Source: Eledone cirrhosa | Taxonomy: Eukaryota | Reading direction: 5' to 3' | Assembly: GCA_964016885.1 (NCBI GenBank) | Contig: OZ024746.1 | Span: 87,482,001-87,546,000 of the forward strand | DNA length: 64,000 bases | Part shown: positions 42,456 through 57,224 of the stretch, piece by piece | How the letters are laid out: every line of letters starts with the position of its first letter | Position numbering within the stretch: position 1 is the first letter of the stretch | The notes under the pieces: generated by a model | The model's database searches: none | The model's input: the letters and a program-made list of their open reading frames with translations, nothing else | What the model was told of the DNA's origin: nothing | Translations under genes and position numbers: made by a program

Positions 42456-44439
42456 CCAGGAGTTGCTACCGGTAGATAGCATCAGCAATGGAAAGACCAA
42501 TGAAAGCAATGTTTTCTTGGTCCAATCTGGCGAGGTCCACTCCACTTGGCAAGCGATTGAGGTCTGGGATATTGTCGATCGATCACAGTGAGCAATCATA
42601 AATTACTGTTTGAGTTTCATCTCGTCTTCATTTCACAGGCTGTTTAAATACTCGGACAATATTTTCATATTTTCAAACTTACTGCTAATTGATTGGGGTT
42701 TCTGTTGGTCCTTAACAATTCACTTGTCAGACATTGTTAGTCTCCAATTGGTCAATAATAATAGTAAAATAAAGAGGATATTCTCTTCATCTAATATTAC
42801 CGTCATTAGCCAGCAGCTGGATTAAGTGACTATATCTACATATACTATAATAAACCACAACTCTTACAAAACCGGTTAATACGAAACTCCTTGTGACCCG
42901 ATACTCTTTTTCTAAAGTTTAACATAGCATCACAGCAGGCATATGTGTATGTGTGTGCAGGAGTATGTGTTTATGACTGTGTGTGTGAGTGATCGTTTTG
43001 GAGTATGTGATGGTATATGTATAGATGTGAAAGTTTGAGTGTCTGTAAAAGTGTGTGTGCGCTTGTGTGAGTGTGTGCATGAAGGTGTGTACGCTTGAGC
43101 GTGTGGGTACGTGAGAGTGTGAGCACGTAAAAATGTTTGTTTAATTGGAAGTGTGTGTGGTTGTGTGCTTAGATACATACGCGCACACACATATATATAT
43201 ATATTTATATATACATGCATATGCTGTTTTCTTTTCCTTCATATATATATACCTGTATAAGCTATAATCTTTTATACCAGTGTGTTAGTGCGACGAGAAA
43301 ATATGTAAATATAGATTCAATTATCTAAATAGTAAACATTCAAATAATGAGTTGGTTCTCATAATTTATCACTTAACAATGTATAACATGACAAGTGATA
43401 CAAATCGATTCAGACCGGAATCATTTTAACTTACGGAAACTACACAAACTAGGTTTTTAATCACATTATCTAATGTTATGTAGTATGCTTTGTTCAGTAG
43501 ATTCAGATTGAACACACAGCACAATTTATTTACCATAAAGACGAAGATAATTCCTACGAGACAAACGTTTCCCCATACCAATATCAAAAATAGAGTTCAG
43601 TAGACATTGCTATTTTACTGTAGAAAATATATATGTGCAATCAAAGAAATAAGGAATGCTTTGTTTGGTAAGCCTGTTGATTTTTCTACTTTTTGAATTG
43701 TATTTGAAAACGTATAGTTAACATATCGAGTTTTTGCATCAATTCATGATGAGGTAACGATCGAAATATTTCTTCAATATATTGACCCTCGAAACCTTCC
43801 GGTGCTTCATATCAATGACCAGCATCGATCAAATTGGTGAGATCAATGTCTTTAGGACGATCTTCATATGCTGCAAGTACGTATTGTTGATGCAAGCGTT
43901 CATGTTATGAAGATTGATGAAACATTCAATATTATCTCTGGTTTTCTGAATGTATTCAACCGGATGCTGCCGGTTTGCCTAATCTTCGAAATCCAAATAG
44001 ATTTCTGAATATGCTATATGAATTTGCATTCTTCTTTGCCTTTAATATCAATTTGAAATGTATGCGTAGTGATTTCTGCGTACGATTAAATAAGCATATG
44101 CCTATATATAATATGTATCATGTACATCACGTTTGTATATGAAAGTATGTTTACTTTGTGAACTCGTAAATATTCCTGATTATCAGATTGTGTATTTAAA
44201 TATGCGTATATGGGACTATTAAATTTGCGGCAAATGGTATGTAAGTATATGCATTATTTAAGCTATTTGTATATGTAAGCAGATGCTGATATGTATGTAT
44301 ATGAATCAGTAATTAGATGGTAAGCAACGTTACTAAACAGATTAAACTACAGCTGCATGTCGTGACTCAGCTCAATGATGTTACCTATCCTGTTGGTTTC
44401 ATCGCTGCACAACATTTCACACCGACATCCGACCAATGT

Positions 44440-44900
44440 TCCTCGTAAATAATCATCTGCTGCCTTGTTCAAGTGAGCATTACAAGCAAAAAATGTTTCC
44501 AAAGGTAGAGAAACGGGTTATTACACCGCAGTTGTTTCTGACACTAAAAGTTCCATCCTTCCTTCGATAATGTTATTACTTCATCACCCCAAAACTTGTC
44601 ATCTTCTGAACTAGTAAATATTTGTAAACATGGCTAAAATGTTTATGTTGACATATATATGCTTATTTATTTCTGCAACAATCTTATTTATCCCTGCTGC
44701 CCAGTTCATCAGTCAATGAATGGTTTTGGTGTATTCTTCTGTTGATAAGTCCTTTCCGAGTGATCTGTCATTGGCCTCTCATGGTCGACAGTCTCGGTTG
44801 CATTGAAAATTTCAAGGAAATTTTCTACTCATTTGCAGATTAATTTCCGTTAGTTATAACGTTCGAAAATCCTTACACACGAGTGATTATTTGAACTTCA
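44440..44900 (-). mobile_element. Highly decayed RTE-like LINE RT fragment
   Basis: Minus reads STEEYTKTIH*L..AAGINKIVAE..W.DEVITLSKEG..FST.GNIF, resembling the KAAG.D.I.AE / GITLLS..GKIF motifs. Confidence 0.4.
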
Positions 44901-46373
44901 CAGCTCATTGTTAATACTGGACAGACCATCACAGTTAATTGCCTCAGCATATTCTGGCTTCTTTCCCTTTTCACTATGTGATATAATTTCCCTCTCCTAC
45001 GACCCATTTTCACACAGGTATTGATATATCTATACTCATTATCTTCTTGTTTTCATGTGCTGGTAATCCTCACTTAATTCCTCATGATTTTTTTTCTTTT
45101 TTTCCTTCCGTCAATTAGACACTACCATGTCCCGATACCGCTTATACTATGTCGAAATAAATTGTCGGTGTGTGATGTGCGGATCTATTGGAGACTGGTC
45201 CATTGTCCATTTGGTTCAAACTGCATTTAAAGCATCATAGTTCTGATAATGTGGTCGAAATGTTTAACTGTGTCGGCGCCTAATGGGCATAGGTCTACCC
45301 AGTCATTGTTACATGTACCTTACTTAGAATTAATAAAAAATATCACATCTAACAAATTTTGGCCTGGGTAAATAACTGCTCAATTGTAGGCAAAGAGTAT
45401 CTTGCAAGGCAAACCACCACAGAGGATTGATGTACATCGCAATGTTGTTCTGTTACCCCCACATTGATTCACATGTATTTGTGTGGAAACTTTTGTGAAG
45501 AAAGAATGTCTTACCGAGCCTGAATCTATTAAGGCTAATCAGCTCCAGCATCATGCTTGGATCAATAGGTAAACCAGAAACGTTAATTATGGACAATAAC
45601 ACAGGCCATGTAGAGTAACATATGTCTAGATGAGAACTGAAGTTGACTCCCTCCGGTTTTATGTCATTTTATTGCACAGTATGCAATAAATCTGAAATTA
45701 TTTATAGAGTGTCTCCTTATCTTTGACTGTTGCAAACTCTGCCCGTCCGCCTAGCTTTTACATTCCAATTAATGTATGTAATATCTTTAGCTTATATTAG
45801 CCACTATATATTGCTCAGACATGTGGATTATATACAAGTTGCATTCAGAATCGTTTCCACATAATATACAGTCGTCATCATGGTAAGAATGATTATCTAT
45901 AATAAACAAGTTGAAAGGAAACGTTATAACATGGGACTCAATTATGTACACTACGCAGGTCTAAATAACGTATATCTTACGGATATGCTATTGTTTCTCC
46001 TTCACGACAATATTACCTCCATACATCTATGTTTACCATATGTTCATATATGTGTTCCGGAATTTAAAACATTAATTCTGTTTTGTATAACTTCAGTTTA
46101 ATTCTAACAATGTAAATAATAATCAAAGAGTACTTAGTCATTGAATCATTTAATAACTGATGGTCGTTTCATCCTAGCACAAGGCAGATATTTTCAGAGT
46201 TATTATACAAAGTTAAATACACATATTAGATATACAGTTTGATTAAGGAACATTTTGAGTATACATAATACGTGATGTTAGCTAGAAGGAAGTATTAATA
46301 TTCATAACCAAGCAACATTGAATTATCTAATTAATTGAGGACAAAAAATTTAATGAATTTACACAAACAAAAA

Positions 46374-46472
<99 letters not shown>

Positions 46473-46599
46473 ATACGAATATTTATATTTATATATGTTT
46501 TATATAACTGTAAATATCTAGGGTAGTACTAAGTACTAGCCGGTTACCGGTATGACAAAAGGCTCAATGCAAATTTTCAAGTGTTTTACAGAGCCGAGA

Positions 46600-47806
46600 T
46601 ACAGATCATAAGAAGAATAGAAGAAGTAGCACATTTTTTAACCCTCCGTTCAACTTAAATGTATCCACAAACATACCTAAATCTGTATTCTCTACTCTAG
46701 ACAAATACCTCTCAAGTAACCATAAATACCACAACCTATTTAACAAAAACACGATTAAAACATCCTACGTCACGATACCTAACATAGCAGACCATATAAC
46801 CAGCACTACAAGAGAAAGATTAAAAAGTACTTCAAATTACACCAAAGTAATAATGTCCAGCATAGAAATAACCTGAACAATAACGCAGTACAAGACCATA
46901 CAGCAAGTCACACTAATAATACCAATAATAATAGTACTCACCATAATCATAATACTAGAAGTAGAAACAGAAACAACCACTCAAATGCATACCCCCTTAA
47001 CCAGTATAGTAGTTACCAAAACAAGTGTAATATTAGGCCTAACAAGACATGTCCATTAATTAAGAACTGCCTAATTAAAGATATTGCCCACTCCGGTACT
47101 GTAACCGTTAATCTCATCTCGAAAATATATAGGCTCAACATCGAATAACTTTAAGACCAGATATAATTCACACCTTCATTCGTTCAGAACCCTAAATTTA
47201 GCAACGCAACCTCACTACCCACATACATGCACTCATTAAAATCAAGTAACATACCATACACCTTAGAATGGGAAGTGATAGCTAAGGCCACTTTATATAG
47301 ACCACCTAACACATTGTGTAACCTTTGCATCCTTGACTCTAAAAATATTATTCACTCTAACCTTAGTCTTCTAAATAGAAAATCAGAGATATTCTACACT
47401 TGTCCACATTATCATAGATTCTTGTTGCACTACTTCAAACCTAATAACTACTACTACTACTAATAATAATAAAAGTAAATATAAAGACCAATGTCGGTGA
47501 TAACACTAGACCACCACCTTTTAATTTATCAAACTAGACCTTCACGAATATAGGACTACACCTTAAAAGACCACACTGACCTGCATACAGTCAATAAAGC
47601 ACTGTTTGATCTCTTACCTTATAACATTAAAAGGTTTAAATAATATAGACACTCTAATAACATATACAACACTAATAAATATACAACAACTAAATAGCAG
47701 ACAACTGTATATATAACTCCAATTACTCCAGTATATATTATGCAAATCACTATCCTGTCATAAAAAGCTTCCACTAACTCTACACAATCTGTATGTATGT
47801 ATATAT

Positions 47807-47891
<85 letters not shown>

Positions 47892-47914
47892 GTGTGTGTG
47901 TATATATACATATA

Positions 47915-47950
<36 letters not shown>

Positions 47951-49031
47951 CATTCTCACACATATGTATATACCTTATATTATATATACATATACTAACT
48001 ATGTAAAAACTATCTAGTTATAATAAGCTAATTAAACATATGTTTTTAACCCCCTCCACACAAGTTTAAAAGATAACAATTATTTAAGCAATAATATTTC
48101 ATATGTTATATACTTTATAAAGATTAATTTATAACACTACCACACTATTAAAACAACCCTTAACTTATCAACAACCTTAATTACCTCCCTTTGTTATTAA
48201 CCTACTTTACAACTTCGTGTGTAAACTTATAAAATTAAGCAACATAACGGTTCATCAACATCTTAATAACGGTTAATACAAACCCCAGAAAATATAATGT
48301 GTAGATAGAATGCATAAAATAATATACCTAAAATAACAACATGGCCAGTAATTCGGCGGAATTTACATTTAACAAACAAACACCTATTGACTATAATCGA
48401 CTTAAAATAATCCCATGGTTAATAGTTGTGAGTAACAAACAACAGGCATACATATATACGAACTACAACACAAAAACATTTAAATGAAAATCACATACCC
48501 AACTCTATCATATGCTTTGCATTACACCTTACATAACAAATACCTACATTATCACCATATGCCTCTCTAACCAATTGCACACTATCTTAAACCTTTATAA
48601 CAAATATAACATGTTTTAACACCCCATAAAACATATGTTCATTTCAACTGCATAATAACTCTTTCCTCATACATGCCTTATTGACTGTATTGACTCCTGC
48701 TTTGTGTACCAATTTTCCTTGCTTGTAACCTTTTTGCCTGTTTTTTTTAGCTTGCGATTGTTGTGCTTGTGATTTTTACTTATACCTATTACACTCCCAC
48801 CAGTGGTGCCTGTAATTGTGTTCTTTCAAACTGAACATATTTTTAACTCCTGACTCTCCACATGATGCTTTTGACACTAATAACAATTATGTTCCCTAAA
48901 TGTTCTGAATGACTATGATTTTAGTTACATGATTCGACATTTCCTATGCTCCGATGAATCCAGACTTCCCTCTGGAAGAAACAATTGTCAGCAAATAAAT
49001 GTTCTAAATTAAACTTGATCGTTTTAACACT

Positions 49032-49035
<4 letters not shown>
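46600..49035 (+). mobile_element. 5'-truncated Penelope-like (Naiad-type) element with 3' HHR
   Basis: FNPPFNLNVSTNI..HKYHNLFNKNTIKTSY; KCNI..CPLIKNCL; GST..FKTRYNSH; LEWEVIAKA..CNLCILD..LLNRKSEIFYTCPH; long 3' UTR interrupted by TA; the 3' extent is inferred. Confidence 0.75.
48947..48993 (+). ncRNA. Type I hammerhead, C4 variant
   Basis: TGCT-CCGATGA-A-TCCAGActtcccTCTGGA-A-GAAA-CAATTG-TC-AGCA. Confidence 0.75.
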
Positions 49036-49110
<75 letters not shown>

Positions 49111-49113
<3 letters not shown>

Positions 49114-49224
49114 CGAAGGAAATATGGTAAGGAACCAGGTGGACCATAACGCACCAAAGTACTCAATACTTGAGGTAGTAGAGTGGGTAATAGGAACCAG
49201 TAAGACCCCGGGGTTTTACTGGTT

Positions 49225-49229
<5 letters not shown>
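49111..49229 (-). mobile_element. Family B fold-back mini-element, shortest (40-bp hairpin 49190-49229)
   Basis: ATAGGAACCAGTAAGACCCC|GGGGTTTTACTGGTTCCTAT plus family tail. Confidence 0.8.
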
Positions 49230-49263
<34 letters not shown>

Positions 49264-49278
49264 TTATATATATATATA

Positions 49279-49319
<41 letters not shown>

Positions 49320-49320
49320 T

Positions 49321-49444
<124 letters not shown>

Positions 49445-49676
49445 CATATATATATGTATATATATGTAAATATCTTTAAGTCGTTTGGAAGCCTCGACAA
49501 TGCAAATGGGTAAATCTCCGGTTAACAAGATCTGGTGGTGGAGAGAGAGATCTAAGTGGCTGTTCGTTGAGATGCGTGGTGTGTATAAGACGTGTAGAAG
49601 AATGAAGGAAAGAGTATAAAGGATGAAATAAAAATAACAACACGAGAGGGAGTTACCTTAGAAGAGATTTAATTGT

Positions 49677-49712
49677 CCCTATATATTTCGGATCCACATC
49701 CATCATCTGGGG
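49677..49712 (-). ncRNA. Minimal type I hammerhead, A4 variant
   Basis: Minus: CCC-CAGATGA-T-GGATgtggATCC-GAAA-TATA-TA-GGG. Confidence 0.65.
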
Positions 49713-49794
49713 TTTTTTCCGGGGTGGGGGAAAGGTTGTCTGGCGGAAAGGTGCGAAACGCGTCCTCCGCTGTCTGTTGTTTTGAATATCATAT

Positions 49795-50384
49795 ATATAA
49801 CATGTTATCCATGTGCAACCATGCAGTATTCTTCTCCCCATATGTTTCACATATATTTACCTAAACTGCGATTCTGTTTTCCTCTTTCTCTCTCTCTCTT
49901 ACTGCTCCCTTGTTCTCTCTGTTTCTCTTACTTTCTTTCGTCCCCTCTGTCATGTCAGTTAACACTTTCTCTCTACTGACCTCTTCCTCGCACTTCCACT
50001 CACTCACTCACTGTTTCTCCCCTTCTCACCTCCCCCCGTTCGCTGCGAAAACGATTTTCCTTCTTTCTTGCATCGGATTCATCGCGAAAGGTCTATTTCT
50101 TACTCGCTCATATATTCACCCAGCTTATACTGATAGAATAACTATGTAGCTTGTGTTTCTTCCTATCTTCGGTTAGCTTTCCCCTGTGTTGATTACTTGT
50201 CTCACTCGCTTTACGCGTTTTAATTGTCCTAATAACTTATTTTAGTTATTATTGCACCAACGTGAGGTATATGATTTTTAATGCAATGAAATACCAATGA
50301 CCGTTGGCAAATCACTGATGAGGGACTCATTTTAAAACATGTTATCCATGTGCAACCATGCAGTATTCTTCTCCCCATATTTTT

Positions 50385-50390
<6 letters not shown>
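49795..50390. mobile_element. Family D unit (inverted relative to 33603) with terminal direct repeats, period ~537
   Basis: CATGTTATCCATGTGCAACCATGCAGTATTCTTCTCCCCATAT at ~49801 and ~50338. Confidence 0.75.
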
Positions 50391-50433
<43 letters not shown>

Positions 50434-50441
50434 TTATATGC

Positions 50442-50524
<83 letters not shown>

Positions 50525-50568
50525 TAGATAGATAGATAGATAGAGAGTGTGTGTGAGAGAGTGAGGGA

Positions 50569-50614
<46 letters not shown>

Positions 50615-51164
50615 GAGAGAGAGAGAGAGAACTTATTAAATGTGTACCTAAAGCTTAATTTGGGGGAGTATAATTCAGACTGATTAAGATAAGTTAGTTC
50701 AACTCATATAATATTCTCGCTATAATGGCTTCAAGAACAATATCGATCATTTCCAATTTTTTGAACAGCCAATACTGGAAAGTCTCATACGTTTAATATG
50801 TTAAGTTATTTTTTCTGAGAGTTATTATATCTATAAATCGTATACATTGATTTACATGTTTAAGTAAATATATACATATGTGTGAGGTGAGTGTGTATGT
50901 GGGGTGGGGGGCTGGGGTGGGTTGGTGGGGGGATGTATACCTATATATCTACCTACCAATCTATTAAATTGACTTTCCCGACAGATGCGCTCTTTCTTCG
51001 ATATGGATCTAAGCAACTAACCCCTTCACTGCTTACGGCGACAGATTTTGCACAATCCCTGCCCTGCACCAAACTGCAGGGCATTTCAATAGCACAATAC
51101 CTGCTCTGAATGACCTTGACTGCTAACAGGACATGTGCCGTTGACCATCATATGTGCCGCCATT

Positions 51165-51351
51165 ATCTGGCGGTGAATTGGCAGTATGGTTAGAGAGTCA
51201 GACATGGTTTCCAGCGTAGTTACGTCCTTTTACGATCTGAGTTCAAATCCCGCTGAGGTTAACTTTGCCTTTCATCCTTATGGGGTCGATAATTAAAGTG
51301 CCAGTAATACGCTGGGTAATTGCTGGCCTTGAATCAAAGTAGAAACAATTA
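51165..51351 (+). mobile_element. tRNA-derived SINE
   Basis: A-box-like TGGCAGTATGG, B-box GAGTTCAAATCC, conserved core. Confidence 0.85.
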
Positions 51352-51524
51352 TCTGTTTGTACTTGTGTGCATTATGTATGCATACATATACTACACACAC
51401 ATTATTGCAAGTTGCATTTCCATAATTTTCACTTTATTGTCTATTTTTAAAAAACATAAATGTTCTATTCACTCTTCTCCTTAATAATTTATATCGATCT
51501 ATCTCTCTCAATATATCATTATAT

Positions 51525-51664
51525 AGAGAGTCATGGCCCTTTGCGTTCTGAGTTAAATCCCGCCGAGGTTAAATTTGCCTCTCATCCTTACAGGGTCGAT
51601 AACATAAAGTACCAGTAATGCTCTGAGATAATTGCTGGCCTTGTGCCAAAAGTAGAAACAATTA
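51525..51664 (+). mobile_element. tRNA-derived SINE (5'-truncated)
   Basis: Conserved core and 3' end. Confidence 0.8.
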
Positions 51665-51719
51665 TATATCTATATACGTGTACATGTGTGTCTATATATG
51701 TATTTATGTAGATACATAT

Positions 51720-51877
51720 AATAGTAATACTAACAAATGTGAAGAATAAAATACGAAGATAAGGATTATTTATATAAATATATATTAAAACCGTAGAGCA
51801 AATATTTATTTAAATAATAGATTAAAGTTTAAGCAAAGAATCGCTGATTTCACCCATAAGGGGATCTTCTGAAACCA
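51720..51877 (-). mobile_element. Family A 3' end: HHR (51827-51875) plus tail only
   Basis: Minus: GTTT-CAGAAGA-TCCC..GGGT-GAAA-TCA..TGC-TT-AAAC; begins immediately 5' of stem I. Confidence 0.7.
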
Positions 51878-52115
51878 TATATATATATATGTGTTTATGT
51901 GTGCGTGCCTGTGTGCGTGTGTGTGTGTGTTTGTATGTGTGTCTGGTGTATATGTGTGTGTGTGTGCGTGCGTGTCTGTTTGCGTGTATATATATCAACT
52001 TTTGGTATTTCCTTGTAAATTGAAAACAAATGTATCTTGAATTGATTTTCGAATACTTTTCAGGTTTATGTAGAAAATGAAAGAGATGTAGAACAATTGT
52101 GTCTGTGTGTGTATG

Positions 52116-52264
<149 letters not shown>

Positions 52265-52865
52265 ATATACTGATAGAGTGAGAGGAGGACAGTCACATAG
52301 TAAGAGAGTGTGTGGAAGGAAGATTAAATTGTTTCTACCTTCCATCACCTTTATGCCTGCTGCAACATTAATAATGCCTCTTTGTGTATAACATATGTAA
52401 TCATGACAATTTGAAGGAATATGCAATACCCGATGGCCAAAGATCACCTTCTCATAATATGTAGCTGTTATAATTTTCGTTGTTTAAATTTTAGATACAT
52501 CAACTATCTGTAGACACTGGACATTCTCAATTCAATGTTACGCAAGTTTCTGGATAATTTCCCGAAAATGTCAATTCGATTTGCACTTACGATTAATATC
52601 AACCTCCATCACAAATAAATGCACAGTTATTATCCTACTATTTTGGATTAAATAATTCACCATATAGATATAATGTGAAAACGAATTTTTCAGAGACAAG
52701 ATATGCATACATTTATTTCGGTGTTTGGTCTCATATTATACAATCATTCCCTTCTGCAAGATATTGCATTGCCTGTGACAACAAATATGAATATCTCTGT
52801 TCGATCCTACCAAGGTTAACATCTTTTCTGTGAAGAGATTTGCTAGTATTATTCTAATGAAGCAA

Positions 52866-53275
52866 TGGATTGGCAGTATCGGTTGAGCTTCAGACAGCAT
52901 GCTTTGTAGCATACAGTTATGGCCCTTTTCGTTCTTATTTCAAATCCTGCCTAGGTTAGCTTTGCCTTTCAACCTTACGGTGTCGATAAAATAAAGTACC
53001 AGTAATTTACTGGGATAATTGCTGGCCTTGTGCAAAAAGATGAACAATTATTACTGTAATGAAGGGTGGTGGATTGGCAGTATCGGTATAGCGTTGGACA
53101 ACATGCTCCGCGGCAAATTGTTACTTCCCTTTACGTTCCGATTTCAAATCCCACCGAGGTCAACTTTGCCTTTCATCCTTTCTGGGTCGATAAAGCAATG
53201 TACCAGTAACGCATTGGAGTCGATTTAATAGGCTTTCCCCTCCCACAAAGTTGTTAGCCTTAGCCTTCTGCCGAA
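52866..53275 (+). mobile_element. Two tandem tRNA-derived SINEs (52866-53050 and 53066-53275)
   Basis: GGATTGGCAGTATCGG start and core in each; the second has a different 3' end. Confidence 0.8.
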
Positions 53276-54353
53276 TAAAATAAATTATTGCTACTGTACT
53301 GCGATGCACCTATTCTTTCACTAACTGTTTGCTGAACGTGTGCAATATTCATTCTTTCGATTTTCGAAGAAAAAGTCCCAATCTAGTACTGTAGTCGATT
53401 CTTCCTATGTAGAAAAAATTGACTGTGTTCAGACCTGGAGAGGGTTGGGCTCCACCAGGTTTTAAAGTGTACTAGACATACCGTATGACGGTGCCTCTAC
53501 GACTCCACAAGGAGGTATGATTTGGGGGGAAATTGTTCACCATTTCTCCCACCCCTCTCTCTCACACATACACACGCACTAAAACCAACACACACATACT
53601 CACACAAACTCACACACTCACTTTCTTATTTCTGGATTCCTGTGCAGACTTCGACCAGACAAAAAACGCTCAATAAATACTCTCTAATGTTCTTTATTTT
53701 ACTCCTTTGAATCAAAAGAGACTACACATGTCTTTATATGCTCGTGTACACATTCAATTTCATGACATCTTGCTTTATTATATGTATTAGAAATCTGCAC
53801 TTTATTTTGTTTCGATTTGTAAGATATAGAAACTATGTGTATATTCCGTTTTTTGCCTTAATTGTCATGGGACAATGTGTTGGTATGTGAGTCATGTGGA
53901 TTTTCCCATCTCATACACGAAATTGTATTAGTCGTCCGGTGGCTAACGTGCATGTTTCGGATATTCTGTGACCAACATCACTATATATATAAAGGCAAAC
54001 ACGAATAACAAAGCAGATTACGATTAGATTTACGCATTATATACTAGAAAAAGTGTCTTAACCTTTCGGACCGCTAGGAATTCATTAGCAAATAGAATGA
54101 GAATATATATAAATATATATTATGTAGATAAATCTACCAAGAGTTTACGGTAGTGTCCAATCCGTATGAAGAACTCAATGTAATCCGGATATCATGGAAA
54201 GAAGAGATGCAATGAAAAATCACTTTCGGTGAAAGATATACATGCCAATTCTAACACATATATATCCCAGAAACGATCGTTAAATAATGAACTTTTTTTG
54301 TTTAATATAAGGAACTGTTTCATTGTTTTATTCATTATTTTTTTAATATTTAA

Positions 54354-54503
<150 letters not shown>

Positions 54504-54549
54504 GATAAAGAACACAAGAGCGTCTACAACATCAAAAGATTTTTTATTG

Positions 54550-54594
54550 GCTTACAATGTTTCTCCCTTACGTAACCGTAGGATTCGTCAGAGC
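54550..54594 (-). ncRNA. Type I hammerhead
   Basis: Minus: GCT-CTGACGA-ATCCTACGgttaCGTAAGGGA-GAAA-CATTG-TA-AGC; upstream minus strand has a weak GIY-YIG C-terminal-like QLTTRLPGMN. Confidence 0.7.
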
Positions 54595-54921
54595 TATAAA
54601 AGGGGGTTGATTGGTGTTATGGACTCTACCAACCACACATTCAAGAAGAAAGAGTAAAGAGAGTAAAGAACAAAAGCAGGGGACGATAAGTCTAATTTTG
54701 GTGCGGAGGGTGGGGTGTGAGTCCTTGTTTACTAGCTGTGGTCATATTCATTCCCGGGAGTCGAGTGGTTAGTTGAGCCATAGATGGGGTGGCGTCGATA
54801 GTAGGGGGCAGAGGGTGTGCAGAGGCTACACACACACAAAGGGCATACAATATATATGTAACGGAGGAGAAAGTACATGAGGTAATTAGAAATGAAAAAA
54901 GAGTAATAATAATAATCTATA

Positions 54922-55107
54922 ATTAATTGTTTCTACATTAGGCACAAGGCCAGCAAATACCCAGTGCATTACTGGTACTTTATTTTATCGACCCCGTAAG
55001 GATGAAAGGCAAAGTCAACCTCGGCGGGATTTGAACTCAGATCGGAAAGGGACGTAACTATGCTGGAAAGCATGGCGTCCGACCCTCTACCGATACTGCC
55101 AATCCAC
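54922..55107 (-). mobile_element. tRNA-derived SINE, near-consensus
   Basis: Full head, B-box GAGTTCAAATCC, and core CCGAGGTTGACTTTGCCTTTCATCCTTACGGGGTCGATAAAATAAAGTACCAG. Confidence 0.9.
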
Positions 55108-56089
55108 GTATAATAAGGCATGGGGAAGATTACACTATAATAAGGTATAAAAGTAAGAATAAGGTAACATATAAAGGAGGATAAATGTGAAAATAAGAAT
55201 AAAGATAACAAAATATATATATAAAAAAATATATAGAGAATATATAAAGAAATATAAGCAAGTATTAGAAAGGGAAAAACACAATGTAAAAAAACCGATT
55301 TTTTCAAATAAAAATATTATAGATATGGGGGGAGAAAACGGGATAAAGAAATATAATCAAATGTGATTAGTTGAGAGAATATAAGATGATAATAGTTATG
55401 TCAAGTTTATACATCTTAATAATAAATAATCTGTATATCAGAGTTACACATCCTTCTATTCACTTGTAGGTTCAACCCACGTGGCATAGTCCGTTGTTCT
55501 TCTGTGCGGTCATGTGCGTTTGTTTTGGACACCACAGCAGATGCACAAGTTCGTAAATTCCAATGTAGATAGAAATCTATTTTTGCTCACCCAGACATTG
55601 ACGGAGGATCCAATATTCCTAGTTCAATATGTGTGTGGTCTTATTTTGGTCGCACGGATGTGTATGATTGTGTATAGAAGATTATATTAATAAAAGGAAT
55701 TCCAACGTTGTCTGATTTACTCGTTTTATTTTCAATCCTTTAAAATTATAATGGTATTAGAATGAAATAGTAGGGTAGAATATTAAATGATAAGTGTTAA
55801 TTGAACAAGTACTTTCATGCTTTCGCAATCTTCAGGTTCATATTCTGTGGTGACAGTCAAGTTTGCAATTTTCAGAAAATTGCAAACTTGACTGCATTTT
55901 TCTTTCTTTTTTACCAAATGAAAATAAAGGTTGTTGCGAGAAACTGGAGTAGAAAGAAGAGGTTGAAAAGGAATTCAATTGAAAATATAACATGGCAAAA
56001 CCATTGTCGAATTACTGTTGGATAATGTTACATTGGTAGGTCATATAAACCTACGGGGGTCTAATAGTGGTATACATGAGACGTGAAGT

Positions 56090-56350
56090 AGGCATTACCC
56101 AAGAGAAAATCTCGCCATTAAAATATATAGGTTGCAGTGAACAGAAGAGGAGACTATGGTGATATCTGCATGTGATGCGTATGAAGAATGATAATTGTAT
56201 AAATAAATTCAGACAGCACAGTGCCAATGGAAAATTGAAAGGGGTAGACCTAGAAAATCGTGTAATGACGCGGTGAAAACCGACTTTGTGTATTTGAATA
56301 TCTCAAAGGCGATATCCCAGGAGTGACAAAACTGGCAACAATCCGCAATA
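56090..56350 (+). mobile_element. RTE LINE 3' remnant
   Basis: KRRLW*YLHVMRM..ERGRPRKSCNDAVKTD..L.I....E*QNW, matching the RLRWYGHVMR..RGRPRK.W..D motif. Confidence 0.7.
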
Positions 56351-57224
56351 TTCCATCCTATCTGTACCATAAACACGAAACTGTAGAGAAGTTGTACAAA
56401 ACACAGGTTCCACCTTTCATATGAATTCCTTACCAGCATGTCGCTAATCTTCTTGCCCACTATAAACCTGAAGAATGAAAGATATGGAACAAATATCAGG
56501 TCCTCACTGCCTAATATACACATGCCTTCTTCTCCAAACTCATGCTAGCATGGAAATCTAGAACAAAATGAGACTGCTGCCCGAAGAAAGGAAACCTGGC
56601 ATACCCTAAAATAACAGGTACCACTCGCAAAAATGCCCAAATAATTATATAAATATTCTCTAGGCTATCAGGTGAAAACTCCACAATAAGTCTGGCACCA
56701 TCCAATGGCTCCACATCCATACCCATGCACACCATCACCAACAATACAATGTCTGCACATCAGCTCCAACCACCACCAATGATTCTCGCGTTTATGCTGG
56801 TGACACAATAGAAGAATTCATTCCACCCTTTAATGGGTTAATGTTGGTGCCACAACGAAAGCAGACATTCCACCTACAGAGTTAATGCAGACGCCATGAC
56901 GACAAAAATGACAGTTCAATCTGTACAATGTTAGTGACGGTGTCACGATAAAAATACTCGTAGTACACGCTGTAAAATTGTTGATCTTAGAAAGATCATC
57001 TAGACGTCGAATCCATGTTAACGATACACGATAAAAGAATTGTTGGCATTAGCAAGAGTATCCAAATATAGAAACCAAAGTGAAACAAATCTTACCTGCA
57101 TTTGACTGTCCATGACAGATGTTTATCACATGAAGAGGGAAACACAGATCTTAAACGGTACGGTGATGGTGATGATGGTTATGGTGACGTTCATGATATA
57201 TACATATCAATGGTAGTTACGAGC

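Noticed and set aside
43745-43780. ATGATGA..GAAA hammerhead-like string
   Set aside because: No stem I pairing and C3 missing; likely chance
45555-45610. GKPETLIMDN integrase-like peptide
   Set aside because: Too short, with no flanking DDE context
49171-49192. TGAGGTAGTAG match to the let-7 5' end
   Set aside because: Only 11 nt match, it lies in the family B tail, other copies differ, and there is no pre-miRNA hairpin
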